Shown here piece after piece: positions 56,470-64,000 of a DNA stretch of 64,000 bases (its first letter is position 1; each line of letters opens with the position of its first letter). Position numbers and translations under genes: made by a program. Under the pieces are notes generated by a model. The model was not told the DNA's origin. It saw nothing but the letters and a program-made list of their open reading frames with translations, and ran no database searches. The DNA is from Candidatus Nomurabacteria bacterium. GTDB taxonomy: Bacteria; Patescibacteriota; Minisyncoccia; Phycocordibacterales; UBA2100. The stretch lies in contig CALRHH010000001.1 in NCBI GenBank assembly GCA_943359395.1, forward strand, positions 20,121 through 84,120, given 5' to 3'.

Positions 56470-57381
56470 ATGCACACCCGCTACGAGCATAACGGCTTGG
56501 TATGGATAGACCTAGAATCTCCGAGCCGGGAGGAAGTTCAGGATATAATGGACCAATTTGCGGTTGCCCCTCTCATCGCAGAAGAGCTACTGCTCCCGGC
56601 TACGAAACCTCGAGTGGAATTTTACGACGCGTACGTGTACCTGGTCCTCCACTTTCCCGCCCTTCGCCATAGCCATAAGACGCGCGAGCAGGAAATTGAC
56701 TTTATTGTCGGACGTAATTTCCTCATCACTACCCACTATGACACCATCGACCCCCTGCATAAATTTTCCAAGGTTTTCGAGGTTAATTCTCTCCTCGACA
56801 AGAGCAACCTCGGCGACCACGCAGGATACATGCTCTACTACATGCTCAAGAAACTCTATGGCGCAGTCGAGCATGAAGTCGAATACGTGCGACATGACCT
56901 CGACACGATAGAAGAACACATTTTCTCCGGACACGAGGTTGCCATGGTTACCAGTATTTCCCGCAGCGCGCGGGATTTGCTCAATCTGAGGCAGCGCATT
57001 GAACCTCACCGCGAGGTCTTGCGTGATTTTGAGTCAAGCGGCCCCAAATTTTTTGGAGCCGATTTTTCCGCGTACGTGCGCTCGATTTCAGACGAATACT
57101 ACCGCGTACACAATCACATCATGCGCGCGACGGAATCTCTTCACGAACTACGCGAAACCAATAATTCCCTCCTTTCTACCAAGCAGAATGAAACGATGCG
57201 TATCCTGACCATTATGGCGCTTCTCACGTTTCCGCTGGCACTCTTCGTCGCCATTTTGGATATCAACGCACAATCCAATCCTATTATCGGTCTGCCGTAT
57301 GACTTCTGGATAATTGTAACGGCGGTTCTCACGATGGGTGCGGGTATGCTCTTGTACTTCAAGCACAAAAAGTGGCTATAA
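56470..57381 (+). CDS. CorA-like divalent cation transporter family protein (divergent; canonical GMN motif not evident)
   Basis: Large cytoplasmic N-domain and two C-terminal TM helices ending in a basic KHKKWL tail, as in CorA/ZntB. DINA replaces the usual GMN loop. Confidence 0.55.
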   Translation: MHTRYEHNGLVWIDLESPSREEVQDIMDQFAVAPLIAEELLLPATKPRVEFYDAYVYLVLHFPALRHSHKTREQEIDFIVGRNFLITTHYDTIDPLHKFSKVFEVNSLLDKSNLGDHAGYMLYYMLKKLYGAVEHEVEYVRHDLDTIEEHIFSGHEVAMVTSISRSARDLLNLRQRIEPHREVLRDFESSGPKFFGADFSAYVRSISDEYYRVHNHIMRATESLHELRETNNSLLSTKQNETMRILTIMALLTFPLALFVAILDINAQSNPIIGLPYDFWIIVTAVLTMGAGMLLYFKHKKWL

Positions 57382-57479
57382 TGCCTATGACGATTCCGGC
57401 TAACCGCTAGTCATTTGACTCTAATAGAATATTCGATATGTGGCTTCCGTCGTTTTTAAGAAAAAAGAAAGCCGGCGCG

Positions 57480-58916
57480 ATGCCCCTCTATCTACACAAC
57501 ACCCTCGGTAACGAGAAGCAGCGTTTCTTGCCCGCGCCACACGCCAAAGAGGTCCGTATGTACAATTGTGGACCCACTGTCTATGGACGTCAGCACATCG
57601 GAAACCTTTCTATGTTTGTCTTTACCGATACTCTCCGGCGTACGCTTGAATTCAATTCCTTCAGTGTTAAGCAAGTCATCAACTTCACGGACTTCGGACA
57701 TCTGACCTCCGATGGCGACGAAGGCGCCGACAAAATGACTGCAGGTCTTAAGAGAGAAGGACTCAAACCTACCCTCGAGAACATGCGTACGCTGGGAGAA
57801 AAATATGCGAATCTTTTCCTCGAAGATATCCGCAGTTTGAATGTCGAAGTCGACAAGATAACCTTTCCTCGCGCAAGCGACTACATTCCCGCTCAAATAG
57901 CCATGGTACAAGCTCTTGAGGAGAAGGGGTACGCCTATCGGGGGGATGTTGGCGTCTACTTCGATACTTCCCGCTTCCCTGAATACGGTGCTTTGGGCGA
58001 TATCAATCTCGAAGGCTTGAGAGTGGGCGCCCGTGTCGAGGCAAACATCGAAAAACGCAACCCTACGGATTTCCTGTTGTGGAAATCTAACAAAAAATTG
58101 GGTTGGGAAAGTCCTTGGGGGCGGGGTTTTCCTGGGTGGCACATTGAGTGCTCTGCGATGATACGCGCAATACTAGGAAACCAAATAGATATTCACACGG
58201 GCGGTATCGAACACATCCCCGTGCATCACAACAACGAAATAGCCCAATCGGAATCCGCAACGGGCAAGAAGCCGCTCGCGCGCTTCTGGCTGCATCGCGC
58301 ACACCTGCAACTCGGAGGAGCAAAGATTGCGAAATCGGGAGGTAATGTCGTGTACTTGTCGGACATCATCGAGCGAGGGTTTCATCCGCTCGCCCTCCGC
58401 TATCTTCTCCTTGGAGCACACTATCGCACCAACTCAAACTTCACATGGGAGGCTCTCGCGGCCGCACAGACCGCTTACGCCAAACTTGTGGCGTTCCGCC
58501 TTTCTTATGCCGACGTGACGCCCGGCAACGTATCTCAATACTGGGGAGTACAGATTATGCGCCACATAAACGACGACCTCGATACTCCCGGAGCACTCGC
58601 TCTCATCTGGGAGATGACAAAGGACGGTTCAGTACCACCGGCCGATTTCTTGGCGACACTCTTTTATGCAGACAGGGTGCTCGGGCTTAGACTCAAGGAA
58701 CCCGACGGAGAAGCCCGTAAGCTTGCTCTACCGCACATCCAGCAGGAAGTCGTTGATTCAGACTTACCACCAGAGATTCAAGCTCTTCTCAAAGAACGCG
58801 ATGAGGCCCGGCTTGAGAAAAATTGGCAACGCGCAGATGAGCTTCGCTCTCACATAGAAGCTGCCGGCTACACTTTGGAGGACACAGGGGGCTCTTCGCG
58901 CGTATTCAAACAGTAG
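57480..58916 (+). CDS. cysS: cysteinyl-tRNA synthetase
   Basis: MYNCGPTVYGRQHIGN carries the HIGH motif; KIAKSGGN sits at the KMSKS position; anticodon-binding C-terminus present. The six-frame ORF begins at 57438. Confidence 0.9.
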   Translation: MPLYLHNTLGNEKQRFLPAPHAKEVRMYNCGPTVYGRQHIGNLSMFVFTDTLRRTLEFNSFSVKQVINFTDFGHLTSDGDEGADKMTAGLKREGLKPTLENMRTLGEKYANLFLEDIRSLNVEVDKITFPRASDYIPAQIAMVQALEEKGYAYRGDVGVYFDTSRFPEYGALGDINLEGLRVGARVEANIEKRNPTDFLLWKSNKKLGWESPWGRGFPGWHIECSAMIRAILGNQIDIHTGGIEHIPVHHNNEIAQSESATGKKPLARFWLHRAHLQLGGAKIAKSGGNVVYLSDIIERGFHPLALRYLLLGAHYRTNSNFTWEALAAAQTAYAKLVAFRLSYADVTPGNVSQYWGVQIMRHINDDLDTPGALALIWEMTKDGSVPPADFLATLFYADRVLGLRLKEPDGEARKLALPHIQQEVVDSDLPPEIQALLKERDEARLEKNWQRADELRSHIEAAGYTLEDTGGSSRVFKQ

Positions 58917-58918
58917 CT

Positions 58919-61900
58919 TTACTCTTGAACGACGAAATTCACAAGCCTGCCCGGCACCACAATTGTGCGTAGAATTTTCTTACCCTCGAGGCGGACTGCC
59001 ACAGCATCGCGCCCGGCGCTTTCGATACCTCCCTTGTCCGCATCAGCCGGCACTTCTACGCCTCCACGCGTCTTGCCGTTAATCTGTATAGCAATCTTCA
59101 CGGTCTCTCCCACGAGACGACTCTCCTCATAGACCGGCCAGGTTGTTTGGTGAATCGATTTTTTTTGTCCACTTGCCGCCCACAATTCTTCCGCAATATG
59201 CGGCGCGAATGGCGCAAGCAATTTTAAGAAACTCTCCCATTGCTTTTTCCCGAGAGATCTCTCTTTCTCTGCTGCGTTGAGGAATATCATCAGGGCACTG
59301 ATAGCTGTATTGAATTTCATGGCGGTAATATCCTCCCCTACCTTCTTGATAGTTTTATGAAGAAGATTCTCAAGTGCGACATTCTCCGTTTTTCCCACAT
59401 GCTCTTGCGCCCTCCATACACGCTCCAAAAAGCGTCTCACGCCAACGACACTGTCGGGGTTCCACGGGAAGCTCGAAACCTCATTGTACGGTCCGATAAA
59501 GGCGAGATACATGCGTACAGTATCCGCCCCAAGTCGCCTGACGACCTCATCTGGGTCGACGACGTTACCCCTCGATTTGCTCATTTTTTGTCCATCCGGT
59601 CCGAGAATAATACTTCTGTTCATGCGCCTCCGGTACGGCTCAGGCTCTTTTACCAACCCGAGGTCGAAAAGGGCCTTATGCCAAAAACGACTGTAAAGCA
59701 GGTGCATGGTCGTATGCTCCGCACCGCCGGAGTACAAGTCGACCGGCATCCAGGGTTCCATCTTTTTTGCATCGGCAAACTTCTTACTGTTCTTCGAATC
59801 CGTGTAGCGTAAGAAATACCACGAGGAATCGACGAATGTATCGAGAGTGTCCGTCTCGCGCTCTGCCTTCCCTTTGCATTGCGGGCATCTCACCTGTACC
59901 CACTTCTCCGCTTTTGCGAGGGGCGATTTGCCACTTCCCTCAGGAAGGTAGTCTTTGACCTCCGGAAGCTTCACCGGTAGCTCGCTGTCTTTAACCGCCA
60001 CAGGACCACACGATGAGCAGTGCACGACCGGTATGGGAACTCCCCAGTAGCGTTGGCGCGAGACGATCCAATCGCGTAGCTTATACGTTATCTTAATCTG
60101 ACCAAACGTATCAGTTATCGCTTTCCGAGCCTCATCTGTTCTCATTCCGGTAAACGCATCGGAATTCGCAAGGATTCCCTCTCCTGTGTAATTTTCGGTG
60201 CCATTCAATCTATCCCACGCAACCTGCATCTCTGGCCTATTGAGGAACTGACGTACTTCCGTTCGTTTGAGCCAAACGACGTCGTGAAGCGCTCTCTCTT
60301 CAGCAGACATCTCATCGCGCTCTCCATCTTTCAACTCATAATACATGGGAACGTAGTGACCGAATCGATTCTCCTGTTTTGAAACAGAATAAAACTGCGC
60401 ATGTACCTTATCGCCAAGTGCTCGAATGAATTTCGCGTTTTTATATCCGGTCTCTTCTTGAATTTCCCGCAAGCCACATTCAACGACATCCTCCCCCTTT
60501 TCGATGCCACCCGTAACAAACCCGCGCATCGGCTGATCTTTCCACTGCAGGCAGATGAACTTATCCTCGGCCCAATGTTTTATCACAGCAACAACAGCGT
60601 CGCGCTCTACGAGCATTTCTCTCGGGCGAAGTGCGTCCATTCCTGTCGTTCGAATACTCAGGGGCTGGACAACCTTCACAACTGGGAGCTTATACTTTTT
60701 TGCAAATTCATTATCCCGCGCATCGTGCGCTGGGACGCCCATGACCGCACCTGTACCATAGTGTCCGAGCACATAATCGGCAACGTATACAGCGATTTCT
60801 TTGCCCGTTGCGGGATTCACGGCCTCCACGCCAGCGAGACGTATCCCTGTCTTTTCCTTCCCTTCCGCCGATCGCTCTATCTCAGTTCGCCCCTTTGCCT
60901 TTTCGACGTATTCCTGAACCTCTCCCCTGTTCTTCAATGCGTCGTCCTTTCCTTCAAGCGCATGAGTCACCCAGGGATGCTCCGGGGCCAGCACAAGGTA
61001 CGTGCCTCCGTACAAGGTATCCGCACGCGTCGTGAAGACGCGAATTGTCGGACGCAGCCACATCAGTACCGTCATTTCTTTATCACCTGTGAAGTGCGGT
61101 GTCTCCGCCACAACCCGTTCGGCTTTTATGCCCAAAGTTTTTTCAAGGTTGGTAATTTGTTGTTCACTTATAGCAGTATCGTGTATATCGTGCAGAATCG
61201 TTATAGATTTTGTATTTTTCTTTATTCTTGCTGTATCAAATTTCCATATGAACCGTTTATCGAAATTACGCGGTTTGTCTTTAAAGTTCCTGTCGACAAA
61301 TCCTCCGGCAAGCACCAGGTGCGCTATGGGGTTTTTTAGTTGTTCCACAACTTTCATTGCTATAACAGCACCCAAGCTGCCGCCAAAAAGAACGGTGTTC
61401 TCATCGTAATCAGCAGCGGCGAGCGCCGCCGCGACCTGTTCGTCTTCTGAGGGATGATCGGGGTTTGGCAAGGCTGGAATAACGACCTTATGCCCCTGTT
61501 TTTCAAGCTCAGCCTTCCAGTAGTGGAAACGCGGACGGTCCGGGCTTCCCTGGAAGCCATGCAAAATGACGTACGTGTATTTCTTTTCGTTAAATACCAA
61601 AGGAAAGTCTATCTCTGCACCCTCACTCCGCCCTATCCAATTTTTTTGCGATTCTTTTATCTCCTTCGGCCAATCGAGAGGTTCGAGGTCCTCGGTGAGT
61701 CTGTCGGCGTAGTCGGTGATTTTGATATTCCACTGAAGCATTTGCTTTTGGACGACTTCGCTATCACAGCGCTCACACTTACCGTTTACGACTTGCTCAT
61801 TGGCGAGAACGGTTTTATCTTTCGGACACCAGTTCACGGCCGTTTCCTTTCTGTACACCAACCCAGCTTTGAAGAGTTGCAGAAAGAGCCACTGCGTCCA

Positions 61901-62302
61901 TTTGTAGTATGCAGGGTCGCACGTCACGACTTCGCGTGACCAATCAAATGAAGTACCCATCGAGCGAATCTGATTCTTCATGTACTCGATGTTGCTCAAT
62001 GTCCATATGCGCGGGTTGAGCTTGTTTTTTATAGCTGCGTTTTCGGCAGGAAGACCGAACGCGTCAAATCCTATCGGATAGAGGACATTTTTCCCGCGCA
62101 TGCGCTGGAAGCGAGCGAGAATATCGGGTACCGCAAAAGCGTACCAGTGGCCTACGTGGAGGTTGCCCGAGGGGTATGGGAACTCGACAAGGAGGTAGAA
62201 GTTGTCCTTGCCCTTCGCCTTGTCGGAGGTTTCGTAGAGACCGTTTTTCTGCCACTCTTTTGGCCACTTCTTTTCTATCTTCGCGTGGTCATATCCCTTC
62301 AT
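58919..62302 (-). CDS. leuS: leucyl-tRNA synthetase with two in-frame inserted catalytic domains (alpha/beta serine hydrolase and Nudix)
   Basis: 1127 aa against about 820-860 typical. Canonical LeuRS HIGH (PYPSGNLHVGH), the CP1 editing-domain landmarks (TTRADTLYGGTY, GTGAVMGVPAHDARDNEF) and KMSKS are all present. See findings for the two insertions. Confidence 0.9.
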   Translation of the reverse strand: MKGYDHAKIEKKWPKEWQKNGLYETSDKAKGKDNFYLLVEFPYPSGNLHVGHWYAFAVPDILARFQRMRGKNVLYPIGFDAFGLPAENAAIKNKLNPRIWTLSNIEYMKNQIRSMGTSFDWSREVVTCDPAYYKWTQWLFLQLFKAGLVYRKETAVNWCPKDKTVLANEQVVNGKCERCDSEVVQKQMLQWNIKITDYADRLTEDLEPLDWPKEIKESQKNWIGRSEGAEIDFPLVFNEKKYTYVILHGFQGSPDRPRFHYWKAELEKQGHKVVIPALPNPDHPSEDEQVAAALAAADYDENTVLFGGSLGAVIAMKVVEQLKNPIAHLVLAGGFVDRNFKDKPRNFDKRFIWKFDTARIKKNTKSITILHDIHDTAISEQQITNLEKTLGIKAERVVAETPHFTGDKEMTVLMWLRPTIRVFTTRADTLYGGTYLVLAPEHPWVTHALEGKDDALKNRGEVQEYVEKAKGRTEIERSAEGKEKTGIRLAGVEAVNPATGKEIAVYVADYVLGHYGTGAVMGVPAHDARDNEFAKKYKLPVVKVVQPLSIRTTGMDALRPREMLVERDAVVAVIKHWAEDKFICLQWKDQPMRGFVTGGIEKGEDVVECGLREIQEETGYKNAKFIRALGDKVHAQFYSVSKQENRFGHYVPMYYELKDGERDEMSAEERALHDVVWLKRTEVRQFLNRPEMQVAWDRLNGTENYTGEGILANSDAFTGMRTDEARKAITDTFGQIKITYKLRDWIVSRQRYWGVPIPVVHCSSCGPVAVKDSELPVKLPEVKDYLPEGSGKSPLAKAEKWVQVRCPQCKGKAERETDTLDTFVDSSWYFLRYTDSKNSKKFADAKKMEPWMPVDLYSGGAEHTTMHLLYSRFWHKALFDLGLVKEPEPYRRRMNRSIILGPDGQKMSKSRGNVVDPDEVVRRLGADTVRMYLAFIGPYNEVSSFPWNPDSVVGVRRFLERVWRAQEHVGKTENVALENLLHKTIKKVGEDITAMKFNTAISALMIFLNAAEKERSLGKKQWESFLKLLAPFAPHIAEELWAASGQKKSIHQTTWPVYEESRLVGETVKIAIQINGKTRGGVEVPADADKGGIESAGRDAVAVRLEGKKILRTIVVPGRLVNFVVQE

Positions 62303-62341
62303 TGGAATAGCGTATCACATGGCTGCAAACCTCGAAAATCT

Positions 62342-63316
62342 TTACCTGACAGCTTTCACCGCGGAGTATGGAGGATACATCTCTGGATCTATGGTGCGTT
62401 CAAAGCAAACTTCGCCTGCCCCATGCTGCCAATTGTCCAGTGCGCCCTTACTTTCAAGTCCCATAGGCTCTGGTATGGTTGCGATTGTACGCACTTGCGT
62501 ACCGTTCATACCCCCGCCTTCACTTGCAAACGTCGCGCAAATCTTGAATGACAGTGCCCCCGTTGCCTCATACCGATATCCGGCGCTGGTCTGCGGGTCG
62601 AGTGGCATGACGTTGTTGCTAAGAGGATCATTGAGCTCGGCGAGCGACGCAGGCATTTTTTCTTTCTGTTGCCAGTAATTGACTATCTGCCACTGAATAT
62701 TCTGGAGGTCCTGCACGCGAATAGCGTCCTGTTTTAGCGCACGTATCTGCTGCGGAGTGCCTACAATAAAGAATCCGGAAACGATAGTGACGAGGACAAG
62801 TGCGCCTACGCCCCAATTGACCATACGTGCACGTGCTTTCTCACGCTCCCAGTATCCCCAGAGGTCGGCAATAAAGTGCATGAATCCGAGTCCCGCGACG
62901 AGTAAGACCGTCAAGACTTTGAGCAGGAATCCAGTCGTCATGTCTTCGCCCTGGAGAAAGGTGTTCAACAAGACGATGAGGTCAACAACAATGGTCGTCC
63001 CCGCCAAGAAAAGCGTAAGGAAGAGTGCCCAACGACGTACCCAAATTTCGCTGCGCGAAGCGTCGGCGGCAATGTCGCGACGTATGAGGCGCATGAGGAT
63101 AAGGAAGACCGGCGTAAGTACTATGAGCGACGCCATCTCGTAGCTGATACTATTTGAGTACGGGTCTACATAATACGAAGCGGAGACGGGGTTTGGGAAC
63201 GCGTGATTAATATATTCAAAGATGAGCGTAATAAAAGCCACGACTCCCGCATACAGCGAAATCATGGCACCCGCCCAGAAGACAAAGTCCTTCGGCGTTA
63301 CCTTTGGTTTATCCAT
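62342..63316 (-). CDS. hypothetical integral membrane protein (324 aa, about 6 TM helices)
   Basis: No catalytic motifs. Hydrophobic helices with a C-terminal soluble segment. Confidence 0.45.
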   Translation of the reverse strand: MDKPKVTPKDFVFWAGAMISLYAGVVAFITLIFEYINHAFPNPVSASYYVDPYSNSISYEMASLIVLTPVFLILMRLIRRDIAADASRSEIWVRRWALFLTLFLAGTTIVVDLIVLLNTFLQGEDMTTGFLLKVLTVLLVAGLGFMHFIADLWGYWEREKARARMVNWGVGALVLVTIVSGFFIVGTPQQIRALKQDAIRVQDLQNIQWQIVNYWQQKEKMPASLAELNDPLSNNVMPLDPQTSAGYRYEATGALSFKICATFASEGGGMNGTQVRTIATIPEPMGLESKGALDNWQHGAGEVCFERTIDPEMYPPYSAVKAVR

Positions 63317-63354
63317 ACCTTGTATGCTATAGGTAACGCGGCATTAGTCAAAGC

Positions 63355-63383
63355 TTGACTATTATCGGTAATCTAGTTATAAC
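63355..63383 (+). promoter_or_regulatory. sigma70-type promoter TTGACT-N17-TATAAC upstream of the gene at 63450
   Basis: Exact 17-nt spacer. A GGAG Shine-Dalgarno lies 9 nt upstream of the ATG, so this gene has a conventional leader, unlike most genes here. Confidence 0.5.
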
Positions 63384-63449
63384 CTCGATGGATCATAGTG
63401 GTCCATACGCCCCTAGCGGGCGCTTCACTCCAAACCTGGAGTTAAAGGC

Positions 63450-63944
63450 ATGCGCGTTTCGCATAGAATACCACTAACGGGAACACCCGTCGTGGCAACC
63501 CAAATTGCCGGTTTGCAAGGAGCCTACTATTGGTGGACTCCCGCAAGTCGGATATTCCTGCTCAAGCACTTTGGCAGGCCGGTTCAGGTTGAAGACGTTC
63601 CCCGCCGTGCAATTGCGATGCTCATCGTGCACAGCGGCGACGTCGAGACGCCAAACGTAACGCCGCTCATACCACCCAAGCAGCCGTACCGCCGAGCCGC
63701 GTGGGATTTCGGTTTCTCGGCGCCTAAGCGGAAACCAACTATTGAGCGTGCACGCAACGCAATTCGTGCGGCGGAGGCGTCTAGCGGGATACCCCCGCTT
63801 GTGATCGAGCGTGACGAGTTCATTTTCATCTATGCGTCAGAGCAGCGGCCGAACGGCCGAGTGTGGGTGCCCTATGCGTGGGCAACCATCCGCGGGGCAA
63901 CCGCTGTCGCTATCCGTGAAGCCCTGAAGGACGTCACGCGGTAA
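63450..63944 (+). CDS. hypothetical protein (164 aa)
   Basis: No recognisable domain. Preceded by a promoter and Shine-Dalgarno and followed by a strong terminator. Confidence 0.4.
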   Translation: MRVSHRIPLTGTPVVATQIAGLQGAYYWWTPASRIFLLKHFGRPVQVEDVPRRAIAMLIVHSGDVETPNVTPLIPPKQPYRRAAWDFGFSAPKRKPTIERARNAIRAAEASSGIPPLVIERDEFIFIYASEQRPNGRVWVPYAWATIRGATAVAIREALKDVTR

Positions 63945-63964
63945 CGCATCTCAAGAAGTCTACG

Positions 63965-63996
63965 AAACCCCGGGCGTCAAGCCCGGGGTTTTTGAT
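63965..63996 (+). terminator. rho-independent terminator AAACCCCGGGC-gtcaa-GCCCGGGGTTTTTGA
   Basis: 11-bp perfect GC-rich stem plus a T-run, read from the sequence. Confidence 0.85.
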
Positions 63997-64000
63997 ATTT

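Noticed and set aside
60401-61339. 312-aa plus-strand ORF inside leuS, plus other long antisense or overlapping ORFs. Examples are 10902-11819 inside hss, 4589-5281 in the 3836-5257 gene, 18950-19657 across infA/rpmJ/rpsM, 21353-21976 in rpoA, 22477-23043 in rpsI, 36829-37392 in lysA and 39652-40212 in dapL.
   Set aside because: Each lies opposite or out of frame within a gene whose product has strong, conserved family motifs. Their translations are low-complexity with Arg/Ser/Cys-rich composition typical of antisense frames in moderately GC-rich DNA. They are spurious.
58919-62302. An intein as the explanation for the extra length of LeuRS.
   Set aside because: The inserted segments have no intein boundary residues (N-terminal Cys/Ser, C-terminal His-Asn plus Cys/Ser/Thr) and no homing-endonuclease motifs. 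Instead they carry alpha/beta-hydrolase and Nudix signatures.
1-64000. CRISPR arrays, prophage or integron structures, rRNA or tRNA genes.
   Set aside because: No regularly spaced direct repeats, integrase or transposase genes, or tRNA cloverleaf/T-loop signatures were found on visual scanning of intergenic regions.

Overview
This window is a dense, mostly housekeeping bacterial chromosomal segment at roughly 52-54% GC with short intergenic gaps. Intact genes include recR, dnaB, mltG, mnmA, ung, a probable homospermidine synthase, a shortened alaS lacking the C-Ala domain, and an infA-rpmJ-rpsM-rpsK-rpsD-rpoA-rplQ block followed directly by rplM-rpsI. Also present are grpE-dnaK-dnaJ and a divergent lysine-biosynthesis cluster (asd-lysC on the minus strand, lysA-dapB-dapA-dapL on the plus strand, i.e. 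the DapL aminotransferase route). Further along are trpS, a short aspS, scpA-scpB, dacA-mraY-ftsW-murG, gltX, M23 and S41 peptidases, rpmA, rplI and cysS. A 1127-aa leuS carries two foreign catalytic domains inserted in-frame: a minimal alpha/beta serine hydrolase and a canonical Nudix domain. The 3' end of rplU sits at the window start. Accessory-looking content includes a sigma70 region-4/HARE-HTH protein, a 473-aa membrane protein of unknown function, an ATP-cone/Mrr-like endonuclease fusion, a Cas4-like Fe-S PD-(D/E)XK nuclease and an MGMT-domain protein. There is also an orphan TctC (Bug) binding protein, an orphan 7TM histidine kinase next to small membrane or Cys-rich proteins, three small ORFs wedged between lysC and lysA, and a Nudix/DEDDh-exonuclease operon next to about 550 nt free of ORFs. 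A conserved inverted-repeat motif (TATCTCACGGGGTATAC) recurs directly upstream of several start codons. Many genes have a TATACT-like -10 box only 7-14 nt before the ATG and no Shine-Dalgarno sequence, which suggests leaderless transcripts. No tRNA, rRNA, CRISPR or clear mobile element was found. The composite LeuRS is the most striking candidate for a previously undescribed feature. All calls rest on reading the translations and the DNA by eye, with no database searches.
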